Assembly: GCA_037142615.1 (NCBI GenBank)
Contig: JBAXAI010000018.1
Span: forward strand, 11,394-75,393
Direction of reading: 5' to 3'
DNA: 64,000 bases
From: Spirochaetales bacterium
GTDB taxonomy: Bacteria > Spirochaetota > Spirochaetia > JABEVK01
Shown: piece by piece, positions 1 to 9,938 of the stretch
Layout of the letters: the number at the start of each line of letters is the position of its first letter
How positions within the stretch are numbered: the stretch's first letter is position 1
Notes under the pieces: model-generated
The model's database searches: none
Seen by the model: the letters and a program-made list of their open reading frames with translations, nothing else
Told to the model about the DNA's origin: nothing
Position numbers and translations under genes: made by a program

Positions 1-2
1 GC

Positions 3-404
3 GGTGCCTTGTACGCGCCTTTCATAGGCTACCTATCGCCACCCGGCTTCGATTTTTTGCGTTCGGTCTTCTTTGTCATCATCGTAGTTTTGGGCGGTAT
101 GGGCTCGATCACCGGCACAGTCATCGCCGGCATCGGACTCACTTTCTTGCAGGAGTTCCTGCGAACCAACGCCAAAGACGCCGGCAATGGGCTGATCAAG
201 CTGGTGCAACAGTCGATCTTCCCGGGCACCCTCAGCAGTGGCGCCTGGACCGTCGATCTCGTTCCCCTCAGTCAGGTGCTTTTCGGCCTGATTCTCATTC
301 TTCTGATGATCTTCCGTCCTGGAGGCCTGATGGGGACCCGGGAGTTGCCCTTGACCAGGCTGTTGAGCACCCCCTGGTGGCGAAAAAAGGCGGCCCATCC
401 ATGA
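3..404 (+). CDS. livM: Branched-chain amino acid ABC transporter permease (5'-truncated by window edge)
   Basis: Hydrophobic; VVLGGMGSITG and IFRPGGLMG motifs; stop overlaps the next ATG (ATGA). Confidence 0.85.
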   Translation, partial: GALYAPFIGYLSPPGFDFLRSVFFVIIVVLGGMGSITGTVIAGIGLTFLQEFLRTNAKDAGNGLIKLVQQSIFPGTLSSGAWTVDLVPLSQVLFGLILILLMIFRPGGLMGTRELPLTRLLSTPWWRKKAAHP

Positions 405-1192
405 GTCGGCTTCTTCACGCACAGAACCTGGTGATGCAATTTGGAGGGCTCCGCGCTGTCAGCGACTTCAGCTTGGAACTCGCCGAAGGGGAGTTGGTGG
501 GCCTCATCGGCCCCAACGGTGCAGGAAAGACCACGGTCTTCAACATGCTGACAGGAGTGTACGCGCCGACCTCGGGCACCATTCGACTCCAGAATGCTAC
601 GGGGACCGACGAAAACATCGCAGGGCTGTTGCCCCACAAGATAACTCGCAAGGGTGTTGCCCGAACGTTTCAGAATATCAGGCTCTTCAAGAGCATGTCC
701 GTCTGGGAGAACGTCTCAATCGCGCGGCATTCCCACGTTCCTTACAATTTGGCCCAGGGAGTACTTCGCCTGCCTCCCTTCCGTAAAGCTGAGATTCAGT
801 TGAAGGCCGAAATCTTGGAACTTCTGGCGATCTTCAAGATAGACAACAAGGCCGAGTTTCAGGCCTCCAACTTGCCCTACGGGGAACAACGGAAGCTCGA
901 GATTGTTCGGGCGCTGGCCAGCAAACCCCGTATCCTGTTGCTCGACGAGCCTGCCGCGGGGATGAACCCCCAGGAAACTCTGGAGTTGATGGAACTCATC
1001 CGTTTCATCAAGGAACGGTTTCAGCTGACAGTGCTCTTGATTGAACATGACATGAGCTTGGTCATGGGCATTTGTGAAAGGTTGCTGGTGCTCGACTACG
1101 GCCGTACAATCGCATCGGGACTTCCCCTCGAAATCCGCCAGAATCCTGTTGTGATCAAGGCCTATCTTGGGGAGGACGCGGTCCATGCTTGA
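401..1192 (+). CDS. livG: Branched-chain amino acid ABC transporter ATP-binding protein
   Basis: GPNGAGKTT Walker A, ARTFQNIRLF, LPYGEQRKLEI, LLDEPAAG, IEHDM, AYLG end. Confidence 0.92.
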   Translation: MSRLLHAQNLVMQFGGLRAVSDFSLELAEGELVGLIGPNGAGKTTVFNMLTGVYAPTSGTIRLQNATGTDENIAGLLPHKITRKGVARTFQNIRLFKSMSVWENVSIARHSHVPYNLAQGVLRLPPFRKAEIQLKAEILELLAIFKIDNKAEFQASNLPYGEQRKLEIVRALASKPRILLLDEPAAGMNPQETLELMELIRFIKERFQLTVLLIEHDMSLVMGICERLLVLDYGRTIASGLPLEIRQNPVVIKAYLGEDAVHA

Positions 1193-1889
1193 TGTGCAAA
1201 ACCTCCACGTCTACTACGGTGCCATTCACGCGCTGCACGGAGTTTCCTTTCAGGTCCAAGAAGGGGAAATTGTCTCGCTGATCGGTGCCAACGGCGCCGG
1301 CAAGACGACCATACTGCATACTTTGTCGGCGCTGATCCGTCCCAAGGATGGCTCGATTAGTTTCTTGGGTAGCCCCATCGCCGCCAACAGCCCCGAGAGA
1401 ATCGTCAGGGCGGGGCTGGTCCAGGTGCCTGAGGGACGGCGCGTCTTCGCCAACCTCACCGTCCGCGACAACCTTGCCCTCGGAGCGTACACGCGCAAGG
1501 ACGTTGCAGGTATCGCAAGCGACCTCGAGAGAGTGTTTGCCCGGTTTCCACGGCTCAAAGAGCGGGCGAGACAGGTGTCTGGCACCCTGTCGGGCGGCGA
1601 ACAGCAGATGCTCGCTATCGGTCGAGCACTGATGGCCAGGCCAAAACTGTTGCTGCTCGATGAACCTTCCATGGGCCTTGCACCGCTCCTGGTCCGCGAA
1701 ATCTTCAGCATCATTACCGAAATCAACAAAGAGGGCACCACGGTTCTGCTGGTCGAGCAAAATGCCCACATGGCTCTCGGGATTTCTAACCGCGCCTACG
1801 TACTCGAAACGGGGCGGTTTGTGCTCAGTGGCCCGGCCAAGGAGTTGGCCCAGTCGGACGAAGTCCGCAAAGCCTACCTCGGCGGCTAG
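1185..1889 (+). CDS. livF: Branched-chain amino acid ABC transporter ATP-binding protein
   Basis: GANGAGKTT, VPEGRRVF, LSGGEQQML, LLDEPSMGLAP, VEQNA; GGAGG upstream of ATG. Confidence 0.92.
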   Translation: MLDVQNLHVYYGAIHALHGVSFQVQEGEIVSLIGANGAGKTTILHTLSALIRPKDGSISFLGSPIAANSPERIVRAGLVQVPEGRRVFANLTVRDNLALGAYTRKDVAGIASDLERVFARFPRLKERARQVSGTLSGGEQQMLAIGRALMARPKLLLLDEPSMGLAPLLVREIFSIITEINKEGTTVLLVEQNAHMALGISNRAYVLETGRFVLSGPAKELAQSDEVRKAYLGG

Positions 1890-2015
1890 CGTCTCGGGCT
1901 TTTGGCGGTGCCTCAACCCGCCGGGCCGAAAGCTGATCCACGTCGACGCTAAACGATTCCTGTTGTGGCTTCGAGGGCACCGGTTTAGAATGAAAAGAGA
2001 CCCGGAGGATGCAGC

Positions 2016-2660
2016 ATGATTGTCGGCCAAAGAATGATCAAGAATCCCATTACCGTGACGCCCGAGACCCCTGTTTCCGACGCCCAGTACATGATGCGCA
2101 AAGAGAAAGTGCACCGGTTTCCCGTGGTCGGCAAAGACGGGCGGGTCAAGGGAATTGTCACCGAGAAGGATCTTCTGTACGCGACCCCGTCCCCGGCGAC
2201 CACGCTCGACGTGTACGAGATGAACTATTTGCTGTCCAAGTTGACCGTCGATGAGGTGATGAGCACTGACGTCATTTCGGTAACCGAAGACACGACCGTC
2301 GAAGAGGCCGCCCGGGTTTTGGTTGACAACAACATTGGCGGACTGCCCGTCATGCGCGGCGGACAGTTGGTCGGCATCATCACCGAAAGTGACCTGTTCA
2401 AGGTGTTCCTCGAGATGTTCGCCTCGCGGCAAAAGGGCTTGCGCATCACGCTCATGGTTCCCGAGCAGAAGGGCGAGTTGGCCCGTCTTTCGGGGGCGGT
2501 GAGTGCCATAGGCGGCAACATTGTCGCCCTCGGAACCTTCCTTGGCGAGGACTCCTCGCAGACCCTATTGACCATGAAAGTCCAAGGTTGTACCGAGGAA
2601 GCCCTTCGCGAGGCGGTCAAGCCCTTCGTTCAGAGGATCCTCGACTGCCGGTCCGTCTAG
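2016..2660 (+). CDS. CBS-pair + ACT domain protein (AcuB-like)
   Basis: Two CBS repeats (GIVTEKDL, GIITESDLF) and a C-terminal ACT-like domain; GGAGG RBS; commonly linked to liv operons. Confidence 0.85.
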   Translation: MIVGQRMIKNPITVTPETPVSDAQYMMRKEKVHRFPVVGKDGRVKGIVTEKDLLYATPSPATTLDVYEMNYLLSKLTVDEVMSTDVISVTEDTTVEEAARVLVDNNIGGLPVMRGGQLVGIITESDLFKVFLEMFASRQKGLRITLMVPEQKGELARLSGAVSAIGGNIVALGTFLGEDSSQTLLTMKVQGCTEEALREAVKPFVQRILDCRSV

Positions 2661-2673
2661 CCCCCCCGTTCTC

Positions 2674-2702
2674 TTGCGCAACAGGAGCCGTTTGCCTATA
2701 AT
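2674..2702 (+). promoter_or_regulatory. Putative sigma70 promoter of fusA
   Basis: TTGCGC-17 bp-TATAAT, 30 nt before the ATG; GAGAGG RBS. Confidence 0.7.
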
Positions 2703-2732
2703 AACCTCCACTTTGCAGAGAGAGGTTTTTCC

Positions 2733-4823
2733 ATGAGTATTGCTATCGACAAAATGCGTAACATCGGGATCAGCGCCCATATCGACTCGGGCAAGACGAC
2801 CCTGACCGAACGCATCCTGTTCTACTGTGGCCGCATCCACGCCATCCACGAAGTCAAGGGCAAAGACGGCGTTGGTGCCACCATGGACTCCATGGAACTC
2901 GAACGCGAGCGCGGGATCACCATTCAGTCAGCTGCCACCAGCGTGCAGTGGGGTGACAAGTTCATCAACATCATCGACACCCCAGGTCACGTTGACTTCA
3001 CCATCGAAGTAGAGCGTTCGCTGCGCGTTCTCGACGGCGCCATTTTGGTGCTTTGTTCGGTCGCCGGCGTGCAGTCTCAGTCGATTACCGTCGACCGTCA
3101 AATGAAGCGCTACGATGTGCCCCGGCTTGCCTTCATCAACAAGGCCGACCGGACCGGGGCCAACCCTTATCGGGTTCGCGAGCAGTTGCGCGACAAGCTC
3201 GGTCACAACGCCGTGTTCGTCACCCTCCCCATCGGTTTGGAAGACAAGTTTGAAGGCGTCATCGACTTGGTGAAGATGGTTGCTGTCTATTTTGAAGGCG
3301 AAGACGGCCTCGATATGGTCGAGCGCGAAATCCCGGCTGGGCAGCTGGCCGAAGCCGAAAAGTACCGTGAAATGATGATTGAAGAGCTTTCCATGTTCAG
3401 CGACGAGCTCATGGAACTCCACCTGGAAGGCAAGGACGCTCCCATCGACCTGGTCAAGGCTGCCATCCGCAAGGGCACCATCAGTCGCGAACTGACCGCC
3501 GTGTTTGTGGGTTCGGCGTACAAGAACAAGGGCGTTCAGGTACTTCTCAACGGTGTTGCCGACTACCTGCCGGCCCCCACCGAAAAGGCCAACTACGCGC
3601 TCGACCAGAACAACAACGAGGAACGCGTCGCCCTCGAGGTGATCGACTCCAAGCCGACCGTGGCGCTGGCGTTCAAGCTCGACGACGGCCAATACGGCCA
3701 GCTCACCTACGTGCGCATCTATCAGGGTGTGGTCAAGAAGGGCATGGAACTCAAGAACATGCGCACTCAGCGCCGCTTCAAGATCGGTCGCCTGATCAAG
3801 ATGCACTCCAACCATATGGAAGACATCGACTTTGCCGGCGCTGGTGACATCGCGGCCCTGTTCGGCATCGAGTGCGCCTCGGGCGATACTTTCTGCGACG
3901 ACCGCCTTGACGTCACCATGACCTCGATGTTCGTCCCTGCGGCGGTCATCTCGCTTTCCATCGAGCCCATCGACAAGAAGTCGGGCGACAACATGGCCAA
4001 GGCTCTCAACCGCTTCACCAAGGAAGACCCGACGTTCCGCACCTACGTCGACCCGGAGTCGAACCAGACCATCGTTCAGGGTATGGGCGAGTTGCACCTT
4101 GAGGTGTACATCGAACGCATGAAGCGCGAGTACAAAGCTGAAGTGAAAACCGGCATGCCCCAGGTCGCTTACCGCGAGGCGATCAGCGAACGGGTTGAGT
4201 TCACGTACGTGCACAAGAAGCAGACCGGTGGTTCGGGCCAGTACGCCAAGATCGGTGGGTTCATCGAACCCTTTTCGGAGAAGGACTACAACTTCGTCAA
4301 CATGGTGAAGGGTGGTTCCATCCCGAACGAGTTCATTCCCAGTTGTGACAAGGGCTTCCGTGAGGCCGTCAAGAAGGGCACGCTCATCGGGTTTCCCGTG
4401 GTAGGGGTTCAGGCTACCGTCAACGACGGTGCTTCCCACCCTGTCGATTCCTCCGACATGGCGTTCAGTACGGCTGCGCTCATGGCGTTCCGCGAAAACT
4501 ACGCCAAGGCCAAGCCCATCATCCTGGAACCCATCATGCGCGTGGCCGTCGAAGGCCCGACAGAGTTCCAAGGCAACATCTTTGGTTCGATTAACCAGCG
4601 CCGTGGCGTCATCATCGGGTCTACCGAAGACGGCCAGTTCTGCTCGGTGCAGGCGGAAGTGCCGCTGTCGGAAATGTTCGGTTATTCGACCATCCTCCGG
4701 TCGATGAGCCAGGGCAAAGCGGAGTTCACCATGGAGTTTGAAAAGTACGCCAAGGTGCCCGAAAGCGTCGCCGTGGTCTTGAAGAAAGAGTACGAAGAAA
4801 AGCGCAAGGCCATGAACCGCTAG
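2733..4823 (+). CDS. fusA: Elongation factor G (stand-alone spirochaete/mitochondrial EF-G1 type)
   Basis: [48 protein letters not shown]; 696 aa; not in an rpsL-rpsG operon. Confidence 0.97.
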   Translation: MSIAIDKMRNIGISAHIDSGKTTLTERILFYCGRIHAIHEVKGKDGVGATMDSMELERERGITIQSAATSVQWGDKFINIIDTPGHVDFTIEVERSLRVLDGAILVLCSVAGVQSQSITVDRQMKRYDVPRLAFINKADRTGANPYRVREQLRDKLGHNAVFVTLPIGLEDKFEGVIDLVKMVAVYFEGEDGLDMVEREIPAGQLAEAEKYREMMIEELSMFSDELMELHLEGKDAPIDLVKAAIRKGTISRELTAVFVGSAYKNKGVQVLLNGVADYLPAPTEKANYALDQNNNEERVALEVIDSKPTVALAFKLDDGQYGQLTYVRIYQGVVKKGMELKNMRTQRRFKIGRLIKMHSNHMEDIDFAGAGDIAALFGIECASGDTFCDDRLDVTMTSMFVPAAVISLSIEPIDKKSGDNMAKALNRFTKEDPTFRTYVDPESNQTIVQGMGELHLEVYIERMKREYKAEVKTGMPQVAYREAISERVEFTYVHKKQTGGSGQYAKIGGFIEPFSEKDYNFVNMVKGGSIPNEFIPSCDKGFREAVKKGTLIGFPVVGVQATVNDGASHPVDSSDMAFSTAALMAFRENYAKAKPIILEPIMRVAVEGPTEFQGNIFGSINQRRGVIIGSTEDGQFCSVQAEVPLSEMFGYSTILRSMSQGKAEFTMEFEKYAKVPESVAVVLKKEYEEKRKAMNR

Positions 4824-4840
4824 CGACGGCAGTTCGTAGC

Positions 4841-4870
4841 AAGGGCCACCGGAAACGGTGGTCTTTTTTT
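4841..4870 (+). terminator. Rho-independent terminator of fusA
   Basis: GGCCACCG-GAAA-CGGTGGTC followed by T7. Confidence 0.85.
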
Positions 4871-4953
4871 GTGCCCGGACAGCCCCTCAGGGCATAAAAA
4901 AAGCCCCGGCTGTCCGGGACTCATGGGCGAGGAACCTCGAGGCGAGCCGACGG

Positions 4954-5547
4954 CTACTCCTCTTCTTCCTCTTCGGCAACCTCGACTTCAAACTCCTCGT
5001 CGGCCTCGGGGTCCATCAGCGCCAGTGACTTGCCCAGTGGTTCGAGCTTCTCGTGCACCTGGCGCTCGACTTCCCCGACCGATATGTTCAACGAGAAAGC
5101 GATTTCGTCGATCAGCAGCTTCATGGCGCTATCGTAGAGTTTGCGCTCCAAAATCGGGAGCTCTTTGACTTTGCTTCGGTGGTAGAGATTGCGGACAACG
5201 AGAGCGATGTCGGTGATGTCCCCGCTCTTGAGGTGGTCCAAGTTCATCTGGTAGCGCATCTTCCAGTCTGCGGTGACGGGCTCGAAATCGCTACCGATGA
5301 TCTCAAACGCCTCTTCGGCCTTTTCTGGCGGAACAATGGCCCGAATTCCGATCTCCACGGCCTTATCGACGGGAATCATGACCGTCATGTCGGTGACAGG
5401 AAGAAAGATCTGGTAATACTGGGTGGGTTTGCCTTTGAACACCCTCTCGGAGATCGACAGGATCTGGCCGACGCCCTGAAGGGGATACACCACTTTTTGG
5501 TTCAGAACAAAGGGAGCAGCGGCTCCGGGGACGGTCGCATCAGGCAT
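4954..5547 (-). CDS. carD: CarD/CdnL family RNA polymerase-binding regulator with acidic tail
   Basis: KVVYPLQGVGQI, MTVMIPVDK, GIRAIV, conserved W in DWKMRY, ERKLYDSA. Confidence 0.9.
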   Translation of the reverse strand: MPDATVPGAAAPFVLNQKVVYPLQGVGQILSISERVFKGKPTQYYQIFLPVTDMTVMIPVDKAVEIGIRAIVPPEKAEEAFEIIGSDFEPVTADWKMRYQMNLDHLKSGDITDIALVVRNLYHRSKVKELPILERKLYDSAMKLLIDEIAFSLNISVGEVERQVHEKLEPLGKSLALMDPEADEEFEVEVAEEEEEE

Positions 5548-5569
5548 GGCAGGGATGATAGCACAAAGC

Positions 5570-7147
5570 CTACCTTAGGTCAAACCTCACAGTGTTCTTC
5601 ACAGAGGGCAAGGGCTTCCAATAAAGGCTCTTGAAGGGGTGCAAATCAAGTGGGTTGGCATACCAACCACCTACCTGCTGAAGGTCAATCAGACTGAAGC
5701 CGGGCGTGTGGCTCAGGGGTATAAGAAGTCCTTGCTGCAAAAGAAATTCCTCGGCTTTTCCAAGGTCCTTGAGGCGGTCTTCGGACTTCGTTTCCTTGGC
5801 AGACTGGACGAGGAGCCGGTCGTAGTCGGCGTTCTGGAAGTGAAACGAGTTCAGACTGCTTCCACCCTTCCAAAGATAAAGAAAGGTGACCGGATCGAGG
5901 AAGTCGCCAATCCAACTGAAGTAGCCCAGAGTGGCGTCTTGACCTGCGAGCTGGTCGTAATAGTTGCCCTTCACCTCGACGGCTGCGACGCTGAGGTGCA
6001 AGTCAGCCCAGCTCTTGGTGAAGAAGTCCGTAAAAAATTGGGAATCACTTCCTTCGGGCACCACGATGCGTACTGGCGGAAGTCCATCCCCGTTGGGAAA
6101 GCCTGCGGCAGCCAGGTCCGACAACGCAGATTCTTTGTCCGCCTTGAGGGGTTCCACTTTGGGATACCCTTCGAACCAAGGAACCAGCACCGAGGTTGGC
6201 TGCAGGTAGTTCTTGCGTAGCTCTTCCAGCGGCAGCAACTTGATGAGCGCCTGCCGGATCCTCGCGTCGCTCCAAGGGGCTTTCGTGGACTCAAAGAAGA
6301 AGAAACTCGTCCCAAAAAGCGGGGTTGCCGAGACCATACGTCCGTTGATGGTGGCAGAAAGGTCTATCACATCGGCCAGCCAGGCGTACTGCCCGTCTTT
6401 GAACTCCTTCGTCACCTGTTCCTTGTCATCGCGGAAAGTGAACTCCAGGTTGTCGATCTTCACGCTGGAGGCGTCCCAGTACTTGTCGTTCTTGACCAGT
6501 TCCCACCGGGCTGGGCTTCCTTCGGAGGCGAGGCTGTGGCTCAACAGACGATAGGGTCCGTTCGATGGCGGGTACACTCCAGCTGGTTGCTTTTGGGAAC
6601 GCCAACTCTTAGCCAGTGGGACAAACGAGTAGTGGGAGAGAATGCTCGCCATTTGTGGCGCCGGTTCGTGGAACTTCAAGACGATCTTGTCGGGCGCGGG
6701 GGTTTGAATCCCAAGCTTGCTGACATCCTTGAGTTTGCCCTCTCTCCAGGCCTGCACGCCTTCGATGGGATCGAGAAGCGACGCAAAGGGGGCTCCCAAG
6801 GCAGGATTCAGTAGCCGGAGCCAGCTTTGCAGAAAATCGTCGCTCGTGAGGGGCGTGCCGTCTTCGTAGGTGAGTCCTGGCCGCAAAGTAAGGGTAAGGC
6901 CCATATTGCCGGGCGCGAACTCCCACTTCTGGGCTGCACCCGGGGCAGGCTTGAGCGTCACGGGATCGTAGGTCAGCACGCCTTCGTACAGCGCCGAAAG
7001 CACTTGAGCCTCCAGCGAGGTCTGTCCCTGAGCGGGATCGTTCGAGATCGGCGAGTCGCCAAAGTTCACTCTCAACGTCGGCGAACCTTCGGCCCAAAAC
7101 AGCGCGGGCAAAAGCAGAAACCAAAGGGCAAGTAGGATTCGGATCAA
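5570..7147 (-). CDS. Peptide ABC transporter substrate-binding protein (SBP family 5, OppA-like)
   Basis: Signal peptide, DP..LYEG, SNGPYRL, KNDKYWD, WIGDFLDP; TTG start overlaps upstream TGA. Confidence 0.85.
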   Translation of the reverse strand: MIRILLALWFLLLPALFWAEGSPTLRVNFGDSPISNDPAQGQTSLEAQVLSALYEGVLTYDPVTLKPAPGAAQKWEFAPGNMGLTLTLRPGLTYEDGTPLTSDDFLQSWLRLLNPALGAPFASLLDPIEGVQAWREGKLKDVSKLGIQTPAPDKIVLKFHEPAPQMASILSHYSFVPLAKSWRSQKQPAGVYPPSNGPYRLLSHSLASEGSPARWELVKNDKYWDASSVKIDNLEFTFRDDKEQVTKEFKDGQYAWLADVIDLSATINGRMVSATPLFGTSFFFFESTKAPWSDARIRQALIKLLPLEELRKNYLQPTSVLVPWFEGYPKVEPLKADKESALSDLAAAGFPNGDGLPPVRIVVPEGSDSQFFTDFFTKSWADLHLSVAAVEVKGNYYDQLAGQDATLGYFSWIGDFLDPVTFLYLWKGGSSLNSFHFQNADYDRLLVQSAKETKSEDRLKDLGKAEEFLLQQGLLIPLSHTPGFSLIDLQQVGGWYANPLDLHPFKSLYWKPLPSVKNTVRFDLR

Positions 7148-7920
7148 CGGATGACTCCTAGCAACAGAATGCCGGCTGCCAGAACGGCGACTCCGATCGA
7201 ACTACCAAACAGAACGAAGGCCGAGGTTTTGATCCCCTGGGAAAGCTCTTGAAACGATCGTGGACTCACGACAAACATGGCGTCTTTGGATTCGGGCTTC
7301 CGGAGTTCGACCGTTCCGCCGGCGTCGGACGCTTCGGCAAAAACCGAGACCTCTTGGTCGAGTCCCAGGCAAGACTCCTCATAACGGTACCCCAACGTAT
7401 CGCCGCCCCGTGGCAGCGTCAGGTGAAACTGGGCAAAGGCCGGGTTATGCGCCATTTCGAAGCTGGAGTGAGTCTTCACCAAATCGACTTTTGCCTTTTC
7501 GGGAGCCACCAAGATACGGCCAGTGGCGTCCTCGAGCCAAAACGTCGTGCGGCGCTCGTTTCCCGCGACGACCTCGCTTTTGCGCACGCGGTTGGAAGTC
7601 CGGTTCCCTTTGGCATCCGTGGTCCAAGTGATCTCCTCAAACTCGCGCGTCACAGAAAACTGATAAGCGACGCAAGGAGTCTGAGTCAACTCGGCCAAAA
7701 GCGGCTGGTCACAGCGAATCTGGCCGTGGACTTTGACGGGTTGGCGAAACGAACCGGCCCCCAGCTGCGCCGCCACCGCCGCCGCGTCTTCCTTGAGTTG
7801 CTGAACGGGAAACTCAGGGGTCGCACCCGCGGACATAGCCTTGAGCGACTGGCGGCGACTGAGCCACCACAGGCCGAAACTCGCGGCAAACAGTCCGACA
7901 GACACTAGAAATTGCAGCAC
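7144..7920 (-). CDS. Membrane protein with GIDE-like domain (MUL1/SP1-type, no RING)
   Basis: N- and C-terminal TM helices; PLLAELTQTPCVAY, FWLEDATGRILV, GYRYEE pattern; GTG start with GAGGAAGG upstream. Confidence 0.7.
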   Translation of the reverse strand: MLQFLVSVGLFAASFGLWWLSRRQSLKAMSAGATPEFPVQQLKEDAAAVAAQLGAGSFRQPVKVHGQIRCDQPLLAELTQTPCVAYQFSVTREFEEITWTTDAKGNRTSNRVRKSEVVAGNERRTTFWLEDATGRILVAPEKAKVDLVKTHSSFEMAHNPAFAQFHLTLPRGGDTLGYRYEESCLGLDQEVSVFAEASDAGGTVELRKPESKDAMFVVSPRSFQELSQGIKTSAFVLFGSSIGVAVLAAGILLLGVIR

Positions 7921-8074
7921 TAGGGATGACCTTCCTCGACCCAAGACGTCACCCCATGGTACGTATCCCCGAGGGCCTTGTAAAGTTCTTCGGTCATAGT
8001 TTGAATGTACGACCCGGGGGTTGAGGTTTCAAGGAGAAAGGGTTATGTTGAGTATGTAACTTGAGGAGGTAATT

Positions 8075-8572
8075 TTGGACGTTGCCATTACGGATCCCCT
8101 GCCTTGGTATATCGCCGGGCCACTTCTGGGGCTCTTTGTCCCTGCCATGCTCCTGTTGACGGGCAAAGAGCCTGGAGTCTCCAGTTCTTTCCGTCACGCC
8201 TGCGCCGCATTGCTGCCGTCAGGCAAGCCTGACTACTTCCGCTACGACTGGCTTAAGTCCGGCCTGTGGCAAATCCTGTTTGTCGTCGGCATCCTGCTTG
8301 GCGGAACCTTGGTTCAGTTTGGTTTGGGGGGGGCCGGTGTTCCGCTGTTCCTACCGGAGAATCTCACGGCCGCCGGGTTGGCGCTCCTGTTCGTCGGTGG
8401 CGTACTCGTCGGTTTCGGTACCCGCTACGCCGATGGCTGCACCTCGGGCCACACCATTTCGGGTATCTCGAACCTCAGCGTTCCCAGCCTGATCGCCTCG
8501 GTGTGCTTCATCGTCGGAGGCAGCGCCGCCAGTCTGGTTCACCGCTTTGTTTTTGGAGGTCTGGTTCCATGA
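8075..8572 (+). CDS. YeeE/YedE family sulfur-compound transporter, half 1
   Basis: [31 protein letters not shown]; TTG start with GAGGAGG. Confidence 0.85.
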   Translation: MDVAITDPLPWYIAGPLLGLFVPAMLLLTGKEPGVSSSFRHACAALLPSGKPDYFRYDWLKSGLWQILFVVGILLGGTLVQFGLGGAGVPLFLPENLTAAGLALLFVGGVLVGFGTRYADGCTSGHTISGISNLSVPSLIASVCFIVGGSAASLVHRFVFGGLVP

Positions 8573-9021
8573 GCACCGAAAAGAAACCCCCAACCACCCC
8601 TTGGTGGAAGTACCCGCTTTGGCTGTTGCTCGGCGTCGGCTTCGGGGCCGTACTCACGGCGGCCCAAGTGATCTCGGTTGTCCGTGTACGCCGCATGTTC
8701 GCCTTCCAGGAGGCGCACATGTTTTTGGTGATCGGCGCGGCGGTCGTCACCGGCGTGATCAGCATGCTCCTCGTCAAGGCGCTCCGCAAATCCCAGACCG
8801 ACATTTCGGGAGAAAAGATGGAGTTCAAGGAAAGGCCGATGCAGCCCGGGATTATTATCGGTGGGCTGACGTTCGGAATCGGTTGGTACCTCACCGCCGC
8901 CTGCCCTGGACCCATTTATGCCCTGATCGGCACCGGCACTTGGACGGCGTTTGCCATCCTGGGCGGAGCCTTGGTCGGGACGTTTGTGTACGGTTTGGTC
9001 AAGAAGTCCTTGCCCCATTGA
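8569..9021 (+). CDS. YeeE/YedE family sulfur-compound transporter, half 2
   Basis: [18 protein letters not shown] motif; ATGA overlap with the previous gene. Confidence 0.85.
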   Translation: MSTEKKPPTTPWWKYPLWLLLGVGFGAVLTAAQVISVVRVRRMFAFQEAHMFLVIGAAVVTGVISMLLVKALRKSQTDISGEKMEFKERPMQPGIIIGGLTFGIGWYLTAACPGPIYALIGTGTWTAFAILGGALVGTFVYGLVKKSLPH

Positions 9022-9095
9022 GTTTTTCCCGGTTTCGTTTTAGGGTGTCGGAACGCCCGGACATGGAGCCGGGTAAACTCATTTCTGGATGGATT

Positions 9096-9779
9096 ATGAA
9101 AAAGCTCCTCCTAGCTGCCTTCGCGGTGGCTGTCCTCTTCGCCTCGTGCCAAAATACGGCTACGACGCCAGCCAAGACCGATGGCACCGCCACCAAGGCC
9201 GATGTCAGCTATGCGTTCGGCGTGTTGATCGCCAACAACCTGAAGACCACGGGCCTCGAGTTTGACTACGATGCCATGGCCAACGCCATGCGCGACACGC
9301 TGGAAAAGAACGCTCCTAAAGTGACCGTTGAAGTCGCCAACACCACGGTCCAAACTGCCGTCACCGAAGGGATGAAGAAGAAGGCCGAAGCCAACGCCGT
9401 TAAGGAAAAGGCTTTTCTCGAGAGCAATGGCAAGAAGACCGGCATGAAGACGACCGCCAGCGGCCTGCAGTACGAAGTCATCAAGGAAGGCACCGGGGTC
9501 AAGCCCAAGGAAACCGACAAGGTGAAGGTTGACTACGTGGGCACGCTCACCGATGGCACCAAGTTCGACAGTTCCATCGACCGCAATGAACCTGCCGTGT
9601 TTCCCCTGGCCGGCGTGATCCCTGGCTGGACCGAGGGCATCCAGTTGATGCCCGTCGGCAGTCAATACAAGTTCTACATTCCTTCGGCGCTCGGCTACGG
9701 CGAACAGGGTTACGGCGACAAGATCCCGGGCAACTCCACGCTGGTGTTCGAAGTCACCCTCATTTCGATCGAGAAGTAA
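9096..9779 (+). CDS. FKBP-type peptidyl-prolyl isomerase lipoprotein (Mip/FkpA-like)
   Basis: Lipobox LFASC; SYAFG, TASGLQY, FDSS, VIPGWTEG, LVFEV. Confidence 0.93.
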   Translation: MKKLLLAAFAVAVLFASCQNTATTPAKTDGTATKADVSYAFGVLIANNLKTTGLEFDYDAMANAMRDTLEKNAPKVTVEVANTTVQTAVTEGMKKKAEANAVKEKAFLESNGKKTGMKTTASGLQYEVIKEGTGVKPKETDKVKVDYVGTLTDGTKFDSSIDRNEPAVFPLAGVIPGWTEGIQLMPVGSQYKFYIPSALGYGEQGYGDKIPGNSTLVFEVTLISIEK

Positions 9780-9812
9780 GGTGGCGGTGCCTTGAGGCAC
9801 TGCCGACGGACC

Positions 9813-9842
9813 AGCCGACCCCTCGCGGGTCGGCTTTTTTTT
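9813..9842 (+). terminator. Rho-independent terminator
   Basis: AGCCGACCC-CTCGC-GGGTCGGCT followed by a T tract. Confidence 0.85.
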
Positions 9843-9938
9843 GCCCTTTTGCGTTCTTCGTCTTTGTGAAGGTTTGGTGAAGACCCGGTAAAATACCTGA
9901 GTAGTTGTATAATGAACCTGCTAAGAAGAGGAGAGATC

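Noticed and set aside
2928-4571. Long antisense ORFs (also 18467-19999, 45809-47539, 54595-55854, 41870-43063 and others)
   Set aside because: Shadows of high-GC, codon-biased genes on the opposite strand; no motifs
8547-9095. Long N-terminal extension of the FKBP ORF
   Set aside because: Overlaps the YeeE half gene in another frame; the lipoprotein signal starts at 9096
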